A stretch of DNA of 64,000 bases, from positions 1 through 64,000 of the forward strand of contig JBJEGD010000040.1 of assembly GCA_051874735.1 (NCBI GenBank), given 5' to 3'. The stretch comes from Candidatus Bruticola sp. (GTDB lineage Bacteria > Vulcanimicrobiota > Xenobia > Xenobiales > Xenobiaceae). The notes beneath the pieces were generated by a model. That model searched no databases and was not told the origin of the DNA. It saw only the letters and a program-made list of their open reading frames with translations. The translations under genes were made by a program, and so were the position numbers. Shown here one piece after another: positions 9,806-19,726 of the stretch. Position 1 is the stretch's first letter. Every line of letters starts with the position of its first letter.

Positions 9806-12199
9806 ATGAGTAAAAGCGAGAAGGGTGCGGCTCCCAAGAAGCCTAAAAGTCGATTCGGATGTCTGGCACGTTTGGGTAAATTTCTCTATTGGGTCGGCTT
9901 CTCAGTTCTTTTAATTGTTTTGGCTTTAGGCGTAGCCGGTTATGTTGTTATAAATCACTATGCCAAGGGGCTCCCCGATGTCAGCAAGCTCCATCAATAC
10001 GAACCTGCAGAAACCACGCGACTTTATTCTGCCGATGGCCAGGTTATTGCTACTCTTTTCAGGGAAAATCGCACCTGGGTGCCCTTGAAGAAAATCTCTC
10101 CCAATATGCGCAACGCCATTTTAGCTATTGAGGATTCGCGCTTTTATGAGCACCACGGCGTCGATCCTATAGGCGTGCTGCGCGCTGCCGTCGACTTATA
10201 TCGTTCAGGAGGCCATATCCGTCAGGGAGCGTCCACTATTACTATGCAGCTAGCCCGCGCTTTCTTCCTGAATGACGATCAAAGTTTTCACCGTAAAATA
10301 CGTGAAGCGCTGCTAGCTCTGCAGATCGAGAAGAATTTCAGTAAAGATGAAATCCTTGAACTGTACTTGAACCATGTTTATTTAGGTGCTGGCACTTACG
10401 GTGTTCATGCCGCTGCCAATATTTATTTTCTGACCACTCCTGATAAACTTACGCCAGTGCAAGCGGCTATTATCGCAGGTTTGCCAGCTTCGCCTAGTTA
10501 CTATTCTCCTTTAGTTAATGAGCATGCTGCCTCTACTCGCACTTTAGAAGTTTTGGGGCGTATGCGCCATCTGGATATGATCACGCAAAAACAGTACCGC
10601 GAGGCTGTAGATACTTTGCGCAAAGGTATAAAATATGCCAATAAAGGGCGTACAGAGTTCCAGATTTTAAAGGTTCCTTATTTCACAACTTATGTGCTCA
10701 AAGAACTCAACAGTCGCTACAGTGAGGATATTCTCTATCGCGGCGGATTGAAAATTTATACTACTGTCGATTTAAAACTGCAGGAAAAAGCTGAAAAAAT
10801 TGTGGCCGAAAAGATCGCTCAGAACAAAGAGTGGTATAATGCCAGTACTGCGGCGGCGGTAGTAGTAGAAAATTCTACCGGTTACATAAGGGCTATGGTA
10901 GGCGGTAAAGGTTGGAGTAAAAGTAGTCAGTTTAACCGTGCTTGGCAGGCTCGCCGCCAGCCTGGTTCTTGCTTCAAAGTTTTTGTTTATACTACAGCAG
11001 TAGAATCTGGTTTCGGTCCAGACACTATTATCTCTGACAGCCCTACTACCTATAAAATAAGCGATATGGAGACTTGGTCTCCGAATAACTCCGATGGCAA
11101 GTTCTTGGGAAATATCCCTATGGTGCGTGCGTTGATGGGCTCGCGCAACGTAGCAGCGGTGCGCCTTTTAACTATGGTCGGTCCTGAACGCGTCATCGAG
11201 TACGCTTATCGTATGGGTATAAAAGAGCGTCTTGAACCTAACTTGTCTTTAGCTTTAGGCTCTGCAGTGGTGACGCCTTTGGAAATGGCCTGCGCTTTTA
11301 CTTGTTTCCCCAACGGGGGTATTAAGATTCAGCCCAGTGCTATAAAAATGGTTTACGATAACGACGGCAACATTATTGAAGATAATACTTTTCCCCGTCA
11401 GGAAGAAGTTCTGTCTGAGTCTACGGCCTACACTATGTGTTCCATGTTGCAGAGCGCTGTAGAGGGGGGCACCGGTTATGCTGCGCAAATTCCCGGTCGT
11501 TCTGTTGGAGGCAAGACTGGTACTACTGATGATTTCCGTGACGGTTGGTTCGTAGGTTTTACCCCGCAGTACACTTGTGCCGTTTGGGCGGGCAACGACG
11601 ACTACACTTCTATGTGGCATGCTTTCGGTGGTGATGTATCTGCCCCCATTTGGAAAGCTATTATGAGCTTCGCAGTTAAAGATCTTCCCAACAAGCAGTT
11701 TGAAAAACCTAAGTCTGGCTTAGTTTCCGTGCTTATGTGCAGCGAATCGAAAAAACGCGCCGGAGCTAAGTGCTTCAATACTTACAAAGAGTATTTCCGC
11801 TCTGGTGAAGTCCCTTCTCAGTTCTGCCCCATTCATGGAGGAGTCACAGCTTCTATATCAGCTCCTAAAGAAAGCAGCTATGGCAATAAAAATAGCAGCA
11901 GTGAATCGACTAGCAGTGCAGCTCCTTCTGAGACTAATCCTACTCCTATTCCTCTGGATGCTCCCAAAACTTGGGGTGAAGTAGTGCCTGATACGTCTTT
12001 AGAACATTCAGAAATTGTGACTCCCGATTTAACGCCGGAAAATATACCCGTGCCTGATACGGTATACGCTCCCACTGAGGAAGCTCCGCCGCCAGTTAGC
12101 TCTCCCGCAGAAGAGATCCCGGCTGAACCTGAACCTCAGTCTGTACCATTAGACGATACTTCGACTGAGAGTCTGCCTTCAGAGGTCAATATTAGGTAA
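9806..12199 (+). CDS. Class A penicillin-binding protein (PBP1A family)
   Basis: TM anchor; transglycosylase EDSRFYEHHG, GASTITMQ, RKIRE; transpeptidase SCFK, SRN, KTG; Pro/Ser/Glu-rich tail. Confidence 0.95.
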   Translation: MSKSEKGAAPKKPKSRFGCLARLGKFLYWVGFSVLLIVLALGVAGYVVINHYAKGLPDVSKLHQYEPAETTRLYSADGQVIATLFRENRTWVPLKKISPNMRNAILAIEDSRFYEHHGVDPIGVLRAAVDLYRSGGHIRQGASTITMQLARAFFLNDDQSFHRKIREALLALQIEKNFSKDEILELYLNHVYLGAGTYGVHAAANIYFLTTPDKLTPVQAAIIAGLPASPSYYSPLVNEHAASTRTLEVLGRMRHLDMITQKQYREAVDTLRKGIKYANKGRTEFQILKVPYFTTYVLKELNSRYSEDILYRGGLKIYTTVDLKLQEKAEKIVAEKIAQNKEWYNASTAAAVVVENSTGYIRAMVGGKGWSKSSQFNRAWQARRQPGSCFKVFVYTTAVESGFGPDTIISDSPTTYKISDMETWSPNNSDGKFLGNIPMVRALMGSRNVAAVRLLTMVGPERVIEYAYRMGIKERLEPNLSLALGSAVVTPLEMACAFTCFPNGGIKIQPSAIKMVYDNDGNIIEDNTFPRQEEVLSESTAYTMCSMLQSAVEGGTGYAAQIPGRSVGGKTGTTDDFRDGWFVGFTPQYTCAVWAGNDDYTSMWHAFGGDVSAPIWKAIMSFAVKDLPNKQFEKPKSGLVSVLMCSESKKRAGAKCFNTYKEYFRSGEVPSQFCPIHGGVTASISAPKESSYGNKNSSSESTSSAAPSETNPTPIPLDAPKTWGEVVPDTSLEHSEIVTPDLTPENIPVPDTVYAPTEEAPPPVSSPAEEIPAEPEPQSVPLDDTSTESLPSEVNIR

Positions 12200-12383
12200 C
12201 ATTACGAAGCGGCGTACGTCATACCGCTCGTAAAGGCTGGGACAGACGTCCTAAGTTCGCGTAGTTTGTCATCAATACAGGTGCGTTTCAGCCTCGCTGG
12301 TTAGATAAATCTGTTCCAGTTGGTGAGCAGAACAGAAGGGCCACAGGCTGAGCGCGTAAAAATTCTCCTTCCGGAGGTTAAAT

Positions 12384-13736
12384 ATGGAAGAACAAATTCA
12401 AAGTGAAGGCTTAGTGCAGAACGAAAATTCCAACGATTGGAACTATCCCTACGTAACTTTGGAGCATATTGGACAGTACGTGGGACAGAAAGTGGTTATT
12501 AAGGGTTGGCTGCGTAAGCTGCGCTCTAGCGGTAAGATTCTCTTTTTGCAAATGCGAGACGGTACGGCTACTATTCAGGTTGTGGTGGTTAAATCTGAAT
12601 GCTCTCCTGAAGAGTTCCAACTGGCTAAAAGTTTAACTCAGGAGTCTTCCTTTGAAATTGTCGGCCAGGTTCGTGAAGATCAGCGTTCTGCTTGCGGCTA
12701 CGAGCTGCAGGCATTTAAAGTTCGCCTCATTTCCGGTTCGGTCGATTATCCTATTACTCCTAAAGAGCATGGCACTGAGTTCTTAATGGATCACCGCCAT
12801 CTCTGGATTCGTTCTTCCCGGCAGCATGCCATTTTGCGTATTCGCGCTGAAATTATGCGGGCTGTTTGCGAATGGTTAGACACCAACGGATTCTTGCGTG
12901 TCGACAGTCCTATTCTTACTCCCAGCGCCTGTGAGGGCACTTCCACTTTGTTCGAAACTGATTACTTCGACACTAAGGCGTATCTTACTCAGAGTGGTCA
13001 GCTTTACGGAGAAGCGGCTGCTATGGCTTTTGGCAAAGTTTACTGCTTCGGTCCTACTTTCCGGGCTGAAAAGTCGAAGACGCGCCGTCATTTAACTGAA
13101 TTCTGGATGGTTGAGCCGGAGATGGCTTTTACCGATTTAGATCAAAGTATGGAAGTTCAGGAACAGATGATTAGTCATGTAGTCGCCTCGGTGCTGCGCC
13201 ATCGTCTGCCTGAATTAAAAGTTTTAGGGCGCGATCTCAGTAAGTTGGAAGTTATTAAACCTCCGTTCCCGCGTTTATCTTACGATGAAGCCGTAGAGTA
13301 TTTGCAGAGTCAGGGAGTCGATTTTAAATGGGGCGATGACTTCGGAGCTCCCGATGAAACTATTATCGGTCAGCGTTACGATAAACCTGTATTTGTACAT
13401 CATTATCCTTGTAGCTGCAAAGCTTTCTATATGAAACCTGAGCCCGGACGTCCAGAGGTCTGTCGCAGCGTCGATACTTTAGCTCCTGAAGGCTATGGAG
13501 AGATTGTCGGCGGCAGTCAAAGGATTGATGACTTTGAACTTTTAGAGTCGAGAATTAAGGAAAATGGTTTACCTTTAGAAGCTTATCAGTGGTACTTAGA
13601 TCTGCGCCGTTACGGTTCGGTGCCCCATTCCGGATTTGGTATGGGTATAGAGAGGGCAGTAGCCTGGATTTGCGGTATTGAACACGTACGCGAGGCCATT
13701 CCTTATGCCCGCACGATGAGCCGCATTCATCCTTAA
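12384..13736 (+). CDS. asnS: Asparagine--tRNA ligase
   Basis: OB-fold N-terminus, [51 protein letters not shown]. Confidence 0.95.
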   Translation: MEEQIQSEGLVQNENSNDWNYPYVTLEHIGQYVGQKVVIKGWLRKLRSSGKILFLQMRDGTATIQVVVVKSECSPEEFQLAKSLTQESSFEIVGQVREDQRSACGYELQAFKVRLISGSVDYPITPKEHGTEFLMDHRHLWIRSSRQHAILRIRAEIMRAVCEWLDTNGFLRVDSPILTPSACEGTSTLFETDYFDTKAYLTQSGQLYGEAAAMAFGKVYCFGPTFRAEKSKTRRHLTEFWMVEPEMAFTDLDQSMEVQEQMISHVVASVLRHRLPELKVLGRDLSKLEVIKPPFPRLSYDEAVEYLQSQGVDFKWGDDFGAPDETIIGQRYDKPVFVHHYPCSCKAFYMKPEPGRPEVCRSVDTLAPEGYGEIVGGSQRIDDFELLESRIKENGLPLEAYQWYLDLRRYGSVPHSGFGMGIERAVAWICGIEHVREAIPYARTMSRIHP

Positions 13737-13891
13737 TATTTTTAATGTAGTTTATTTTACAAGTCGGGTAAGCCTCTTCAAGAGATAGCATTATTCCGTT
13801 GGTTGATATGTTAACTCTTAAGGGGCCGTACCGGCGGCGGATTCATCCGCATTCCTGTTCGTCAAGCTCGACGACAAATTTGGAGGTTCCT

Positions 13892-14632
13892 GTGTCTGGT
13901 CACTCAAAATGGCATAATATTAGGTTGAAAAAAGGTAAAGTTGACGCTCAGCGCGGCAAATTGTTTACTAAACTTTCTAAAGATATCTATATGGCTGTTC
14001 GTAAGGGTGGACCGGACCCCGAAACGAACTTTATTCTTAAAATTGCCATACAGCGTGCTCGTGCCGTCAATATGCCGGCTGACAATATTAAGCGCGTTAT
14101 TGAAAAGGCCAGCGGTTCTGGCGACGGTGAAGATTATATTGAAGTCAGCTATGAAGGTTACGGCCCTCATGGCGTAGCCATTATAGTTGAGGCGGCTACT
14201 AATAATCGCAATCGTACCGCTGCTGATGTGCGCTCTACCTTCTCTAAATTGGGCGGTAACTTAGGTGAAACGGGTTGCGTAGGCTGGAACTTTACCCGTT
14301 ACGGCGTATTGCAGATACCCGCTGAAGGCGTCGATGAGGAAGAACTTCTTATGGCGGCCCTCGAGGCTGGTGCTGAAGATATGAACTCCGAAGGTGAATA
14401 TTTCAGTGTGCTGACTGATCCTAGTAAGCTTCACGTTGTCAAAGACGGTTTAGAAGCCAGTGGATATACTATCGAAGATGCCAGTTTCTCTCAGGTGGCT
14501 AAAGATACTGTGGAACTGAGCGTAGAGCAGGCTAAGGGTGTGCTGCGCTTAATCGAAACTTTAGAAGATTTCGATGACGTGCAAAATGTCTATTCCAATG
14601 CCGATATTCCTGATGAGGCTATGGAAGATTAG
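13892..14632 (+). CDS. yebC: YebC/PmpR family protein
   Basis: MSGHSKWHNI start at GTG 13892 after GGAGG; YEGYGP, NRNRT, DDVQNVY. Confidence 0.95.
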   Translation: MSGHSKWHNIRLKKGKVDAQRGKLFTKLSKDIYMAVRKGGPDPETNFILKIAIQRARAVNMPADNIKRVIEKASGSGDGEDYIEVSYEGYGPHGVAIIVEAATNNRNRTAADVRSTFSKLGGNLGETGCVGWNFTRYGVLQIPAEGVDEEELLMAALEAGAEDMNSEGEYFSVLTDPSKLHVVKDGLEASGYTIEDASFSQVAKDTVELSVEQAKGVLRLIETLEDFDDVQNVYSNADIPDEAMED

Positions 14633-14634
14633 TT

Positions 14635-15129
14635 TTGTCTAAGCTAGTCTTAGGTATAGATCCTGGAAACGCCCGCTGTGGTTGGGGAGTGGTTGCAGAG
14701 GAAGACGATCAGCTGTCCATGTTAGCCTGCGGCTGTCTTGAGACGGGTAAAAACCAAGAAGCAGGCGGGCGTTTAGCTGCGGTTTATACTGGTATATCTG
14801 AAGTTTTAACCAAGTATCGTCCCGATGAGCTGGCTATAGAAAAGTTGTTTTTTAATCGCAACATTACTAGTGGTATAGCTGTTGCTGAGGCTAGGGGAGT
14901 TATTTTGTTAGCTGCTCACGAAGCTGGGGTGCCAGTCTTTGAGTATACTCCCTCAGAAGTAAAAGAAACTATGACGGGAGACGGACGAGCTAAGAAAAAA
15001 GACATTGGCGAGGCCGTGGTGCTTACTTTGGGGTTAGAAAAAGCTCCTACACCCGATGATACGGCGGACGCAGTAGCTATAGCTTTAACTCATTTATTTT
15101 GGATCAGCTTCAACGGCGGCAGTTTCTGA
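14635..15129 (+). CDS. ruvC: Holliday junction endonuclease RuvC
   Basis: LGIDPG, AIEKLFF, EYTPSEVK, PDDTADA. Confidence 0.95.
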   Translation: MSKLVLGIDPGNARCGWGVVAEEDDQLSMLACGCLETGKNQEAGGRLAAVYTGISEVLTKYRPDELAIEKLFFNRNITSGIAVAEARGVILLAAHEAGVPVFEYTPSEVKETMTGDGRAKKKDIGEAVVLTLGLEKAPTPDDTADAVAIALTHLFWISFNGGSF

Positions 15130-15200
15130 TTAGCTGCTCCTATCAAGTACGGAGTCTTTAGGCTTCTCAATTCCAAGTTGAGATAGGCGAAAGGCTCTTT

Positions 15201-16778
15201 TTAATTTATGCCGAGAATAATTTTAGCTTTATCGAGAAGGCCTTCCATAGATAAGCCATGATCTTCCGGGTTAGTGCTGCGGCATTCAGGATTTAGGCCT
15301 ATAGATTCGAGCTGCACTTTTTCTGTCAGCTTGTTTCGCACTATATATTCAGATACAGCCGAAGCTAGCCCTCCAGTAACGGAGTGCTCTTCGACAGTTA
15401 CAACACGGCCAGTTTGGATAGCTTTCTCGAGTAAATTTAGATCGAGTGGATTAAGCCAACCCATATCGCAGACCGCTGCTTTAAAACCCCAGGAATTTAA
15501 AGTTCTCGAAGCTAAAATCGCATGATAGACGGTGCTGCCTAGACAGACAAAAGCTAAATCGCTGCCTTCTGCCAGACAGCGGCCGGTCAGTTCAGTTTTG
15601 GGAACAGCTTTTTTAGCCGGATGAAGTCCAATAGCTGGAGTGTTACTCAACCGAATTAATCCAGGCGTTCGTGAAGATATTAAGGAAAGTAGCATGCTCC
15701 TAGCTTCTTCTTCATCACCAGGCACACTTATAAGCATATGCTCAAAACTGCGCATCATGGCCAGATCGTGAAAATTAACATTAGATAAGCGCTTTCTAGA
15801 GCTCGTCAAACCCGCATCAGTGAGCAGAATAGTAATTGGAAAGGGAGCCATATTGAAGAGCTCGTTCAATATTTTGGGCATATCAATAGCTGAAATAACT
15901 ATGAGGGGATGCACACTGCAGGCAGCCATACCTATAGCTTGCATAATAACCCCTTCAATCGGAGCTCTCTGTAAACGTTCGTTCAGTATACGGAAGGGGC
16001 CTGGATCTTGGCGACATGTCCAAAGGCAGGAAACTAAAGGTTGATCGATCAGATCGTGGGCTATGAATTTCAAAGCCCGCTGTTCAAAAGTTAGATCTTG
16101 GCGAGAAATGGAGCGCTCAGATTTAGGAGCGAAATTATCGTCTAAAAATAGTTCGGGGCTAACTGTCAATGGGGAACTGGCGTCTTTGGAAGCGGTCAGC
16201 TCAGTTTTTTTTCGTCCCAGCACGTGAAGTATTTTGAGGCCTTTTTGAGTAAGTAATAATGATATTTTGCTGCGCAGTTTCCTTATATCGGTAAATTCTA
16301 CCGGCGGAGGATAAAGAATATTGAGAGTACTGGCAAAGACGCCTGGATAACTGTAAATTTCTGCATTTTGGCTGTCTATAGTTTTTATAGCATAGCGACG
16401 CTGGTAGTCTACAAAAATTATCAAAGCTTGTAGGCGGTTCTTCTGCATCTGTTCCATAACAGCCAACATTTGGGGAGAAAGATCGCTACAGACAATAATT
16501 AGCGGATCATCATCTAGCAGATTTCGGCTAGGAATTAAGGCATAAGCTCTTTCCCAGCCGACTGACAAATGGCACAAAGATATGTCGTCGTCTGCAAAAG
16601 AGGCCAAAGACGCCAAACTTTTGCTGTGGCAGTGGTTCTCTGCATAGTAACATCTGCCAGCTTCTCCTCTCCAGGCAACGCTGCGCAGTCCCAGCTCTTT
16701 AAGTAAGCTAGTCAATACGATGTTAACTTGTTGATAATTAAGATCTTCAGCCACTTTTTTTGACGACGCAGTCTTCAC
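15201..16778 (-). CDS. Degenerate DXS/transketolase-fold protein (TPP motifs not recognisable)
   Basis: Occupies the dxs position after xseA-xseB-ispA. C-terminal transketolase_C motifs GSDLAFVCLGS, PLD and VVTVEEHSVTGGLASAV are present; the GDG..N TPP motif is not. Confidence 0.7.
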   Translation of the reverse strand: MKTASSKKVAEDLNYQQVNIVLTSLLKELGLRSVAWRGEAGRCYYAENHCHSKSLASLASFADDDISLCHLSVGWERAYALIPSRNLLDDDPLIIVCSDLSPQMLAVMEQMQKNRLQALIIFVDYQRRYAIKTIDSQNAEIYSYPGVFASTLNILYPPPVEFTDIRKLRSKISLLLTQKGLKILHVLGRKKTELTASKDASSPLTVSPELFLDDNFAPKSERSISRQDLTFEQRALKFIAHDLIDQPLVSCLWTCRQDPGPFRILNERLQRAPIEGVIMQAIGMAACSVHPLIVISAIDMPKILNELFNMAPFPITILLTDAGLTSSRKRLSNVNFHDLAMMRSFEHMLISVPGDEEEARSMLLSLISSRTPGLIRLSNTPAIGLHPAKKAVPKTELTGRCLAEGSDLAFVCLGSTVYHAILASRTLNSWGFKAAVCDMGWLNPLDLNLLEKAIQTGRVVTVEEHSVTGGLASAVSEYIVRNKLTEKVQLESIGLNPECRSTNPEDHGLSMEGLLDKAKIILGIN

Positions 16779-17641
16779 TAAATTGTGCGCACCAACAGAT
16801 ACTCTGCTAAGGCGGCTAAAGGAATTGCCTTATCTCCCAGAGGTTCCAAAAGCTCTAAGGCTCTGGCGGTTTTTTCAGCCGCAATGCGCTTTGACTCTTC
16901 CATACCGAATAGAGTGGGGAAGCTTATGGGATCAGGATCGTCGGTGCTGTCGAGAATGTCGTCAGTAATTTGGAAAACTAGGCCCAAAATTTCGCTGTAC
17001 TCAGTAATAGCCTCCATAATTTTGGGATCGGCCTGAGCGACAATAGCTCCAGCTCTGGCAGCTCCGCGAATTAAAGCGCCGGTTTTGCCCTTGTGCACTG
17101 CCAGTAGCTTTTGCTGATCGGCGCCGTGATGCTGCGCTTCCATATCTAAAATTTGGCCTCCTACCATGCCCAGATGGCCTGAAGCTTCTGCCAATTCTTT
17201 GATAATGGCAGTAGTCAGTTCCGGGTGATTGGGAATGTTCGTTTTAGAGGCAATATTAAAAGCTTCGATAACTAAAGCATCTCCCGCTAACAGAGCGGTG
17301 TCTTCTCCATAAGCTTTATGTACGGTAGGCTTACCGCGGCGCATATCGTCATTATCCATGCAGGGTAGATCGTCGTGAACTAATGAGAAGCAATGGACTA
17401 ATTCAAAAGAGCAGGCGGCTGGTAAAGCCAAATCGGGATCTAAATTGAGGGCTTCAGCCACAGCTAAAGTTAAAATAGGACGGAATCGTTTTCCTCCTGG
17501 GAAGAGGCTGTAGCGCATAACTTCCCCTAAATTACCCATATAGGTTGCTTCAGCAGGAAGATAAGTTTCTAAAGCTGCATTTACCTTTTGGGCTTGCTTT
17601 TGCAAATATTCTTTTAAATTGAAATTAGTCGTGTTAATCAA
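16778..17641 (-). CDS. ispA: Farnesyl/geranylgeranyl diphosphate synthase
   Basis: GGKRFRP, SLVHDDLPCMDNDDMRRG, GGQ, KTG, FQITDDILD. Confidence 0.93.
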   Translation of the reverse strand: MINTTNFNLKEYLQKQAQKVNAALETYLPAEATYMGNLGEVMRYSLFPGGKRFRPILTLAVAEALNLDPDLALPAACSFELVHCFSLVHDDLPCMDNDDMRRGKPTVHKAYGEDTALLAGDALVIEAFNIASKTNIPNHPELTTAIIKELAEASGHLGMVGGQILDMEAQHHGADQQKLLAVHKGKTGALIRGAARAGAIVAQADPKIMEAITEYSEILGLVFQITDDILDSTDDPDPISFPTLFGMEESKRIAAEKTARALELLEPLGDKAIPLAALAEYLLVRTI

Positions 17642-17702
17642 TTTTAATAGGCCTTTCTGTTAGTTGATATTTTGGTCAGAGCTAGATAATAGTTCTGCCG
17701 CG

Positions 17703-17921
17703 TTAAGCTTCTGAATTAGCTGATTCTGATGATTGCAGTATCTCCAGCTGCTCTTGGGCTTCTTTGAGTTGGTCAGTACAGTAATCGAATAATTCTTTTG
17801 CTCTGGTTGTCATTTTCAAAGTTTCTTCTAAACTCTGTTCACCCTTTTCTAAGTTGCTGACAATCGTTTCTAATTCTTGGTAAGCCGCCTCGTATGATAA
17901 GGCTTGGTCTTGATCTTTCAT
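17703..17921 (-). CDS. xseB: Exodeoxyribonuclease VII small subunit
   Basis: LSYEAAYQELETIVSNLEKGEQSLEE; lies between xseA and ispA. Confidence 0.9.
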   Translation of the reverse strand: MKDQDQALSYEAAYQELETIVSNLEKGEQSLEETLKMTTRAKELFDYCTDQLKEAQEQLEILQSSESANSEA

Positions 17922-17947
17922 ATAAAAATAGCTCCTTTATTACAACT

Positions 17948-19495
17948 TTAATCAAATAGGGATGTCTGTTCCAAAACTGATGAATTACCGGCGGCTTTAG
18001 GGCTGTCTTTGCAGCTGGATTGCTTAACCTGCTTGAGAGACAAACTTGGATCACAGTTGATAATTTTCGCTTCTGCCCATCCAAAATTGAAAAGTATGCG
18101 CACTTCTTGGCCTCGTTTCAGGTGGTGGGGCTGTAAGAGTCGTCCTTGACGGGAGGTGACTATCGAATATCCGCGTTCTAAAACCCGCTCTGGAGAGAGC
18201 GACTGCAGCTGACTTTGCAGAAAATTTAGCTGATTAGTTTGAGTTCGCAGACATTTGTCTAAACTGCGGTGCAATCTTTCCCGCACCAGTTTTAAAGAAG
18301 CCAGCTTTTGCTGCTTAAAAGTTTGGACGGCTGTTTGCAAGCGCAGCCATTTATTTTTTAGTTCTACGCCCTTTCGGGGAAGAGCCCGGCTAGGATTCAA
18401 AATGAGCAGCTTATCTTGTAAATGGTAAAGGGAACGCAGGCGGAAATTTATATAACTTTGAATCGTGTTCAGAGCATCTTTTTGCAATCTAGTGAGCAGT
18501 TCTTCACGGTAAGAAAGGCTGCGGCTGACTGAAGCCATAATTTTATCTTGCTGAATGTTAAGTTTTTCTAAATATTCGCGCCGCGTACAGCGAGAAACTT
18601 CTTCTGCCGCTCTAGTCGGAGTGGACGCCCTGCAGTCGGCAGCTAAGTCTACTAAACAGTTATCGCCTTCGTGGCCCACAGCGGAAATAATGGGCTTAGA
18701 GTAAGCAGCCACAAAACGAGTCAGTATTTCGCTATTATAAATTTGCAAATCGCTCTGAGAGCCGCCTCCACGTCCTACAATAACGCAGTCGATATCGCTT
18801 CTTTTTTCCAATAGGCTGAGAGCTTGGATAATCGAATAATCGGCGTGTTCTCCCTGGCAGAGACATGGCGCCAGAACTATTTTTATGTGGGGAGCGCGAT
18901 CTTTTAAAGTGCGTTGTATATCTTTAATAGCTTGACCGCTGGCTGAAGTGGCTACACCAACTACTTTAGGGAAAGAGGGCAGAGGCTTTTTGCGCTCACA
19001 GTCAAACAGCCCCTCTGCTCCCAGCTGGCGGCGCAACTTTTCGAGTTCCTCAAGCAGCCGTCCTTTTCCATACGGTGTGATATTTTCTGTATCAAAATCG
19101 AGTTTGCCGTTCCGCTTGTAAATATTGAAGCGCCCTTCAGCTACAACGGTTTGGCCTGGAACCAGCTCCTGCACCTTGAGATGGCGTTTGGCAATGCGAT
19201 ATTCCCACATTTTGCAGCTGATGACGCTGCCGTCTGTTACGTCTTTTAATTCAAAGTAGAGATGGCGCCCATTATGGTGATTTAGGCTGCCCAATTCTCC
19301 TATGATACAAAAGCGCATCTCAGGGCTGCCTTTAAAGAAATCGTTCAGGCATTCAATTACCTGGCGTACAGGAACTGGTCTTTCACTAGTGCCGGTTAAA
19401 TTTGTCGCAGTAATTAAATCAGGATTCTCGTTAATACTATGTTGATCGGGCGTGCATTTACTGCAATTATCGTATGAGGACGCATTAACTGACAA
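17948..19495 (-). CDS. xseA: Exodeoxyribonuclease VII large subunit
   Basis: OB fold HLYFELKD, GRGGGS, SAVGHEGD, ADCRASTPT, LERGYSIV. Confidence 0.93.
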   Translation of the reverse strand: MSVNASSYDNCSKCTPDQHSINENPDLITATNLTGTSERPVPVRQVIECLNDFFKGSPEMRFCIIGELGSLNHHNGRHLYFELKDVTDGSVISCKMWEYRIAKRHLKVQELVPGQTVVAEGRFNIYKRNGKLDFDTENITPYGKGRLLEELEKLRRQLGAEGLFDCERKKPLPSFPKVVGVATSASGQAIKDIQRTLKDRAPHIKIVLAPCLCQGEHADYSIIQALSLLEKRSDIDCVIVGRGGGSQSDLQIYNSEILTRFVAAYSKPIISAVGHEGDNCLVDLAADCRASTPTRAAEEVSRCTRREYLEKLNIQQDKIMASVSRSLSYREELLTRLQKDALNTIQSYINFRLRSLYHLQDKLLILNPSRALPRKGVELKNKWLRLQTAVQTFKQQKLASLKLVRERLHRSLDKCLRTQTNQLNFLQSQLQSLSPERVLERGYSIVTSRQGRLLQPHHLKRGQEVRILFNFGWAEAKIINCDPSLSLKQVKQSSCKDSPKAAGNSSVLEQTSLFD

Positions 19496-19726
19496 AATTA
19501 TAAACCTCTGATTTGGATATTCCAGGAGGAGTACAGAAGCTGAGACGTCATGAAATCTGCGCGGGTTCTATTCTGGTATTTTTACCACAATACCTGCCCT
19601 ATAAGAGAATTGCAGGCAGGATAAAAAAAAAGAGGAGTGAAGCTGCTGAAAAGCCTGGCGGAGACGAGTTCCGTTTCAATCGGTACCAGGTCTCTATTGG
19701 AAAATGGAAGTTGGCCTTTGTGCAAT

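Noticed and set aside
11860-12199. Low-complexity Pro/Ser/Glu tail of PBP1A as a repeat element
   Set aside because: An ordinary disordered tail of class A PBPs, with no nucleotide-level tandem repeat.
12200-12383. T-box riboswitch before asnS
   Set aside because: No T-box TGGNACC consensus and no terminator/antiterminator pair; kept only as an unexplained structure.
13799-13891. N-terminal extension of the yebC ORF; similar extensions on rpmE (6419), the M42 peptidase (19637) and the first pilin (55303)
   Set aside because: Family-typical N-termini begin downstream, mostly with good RBSs, so the extensions are ORF-caller artefacts.
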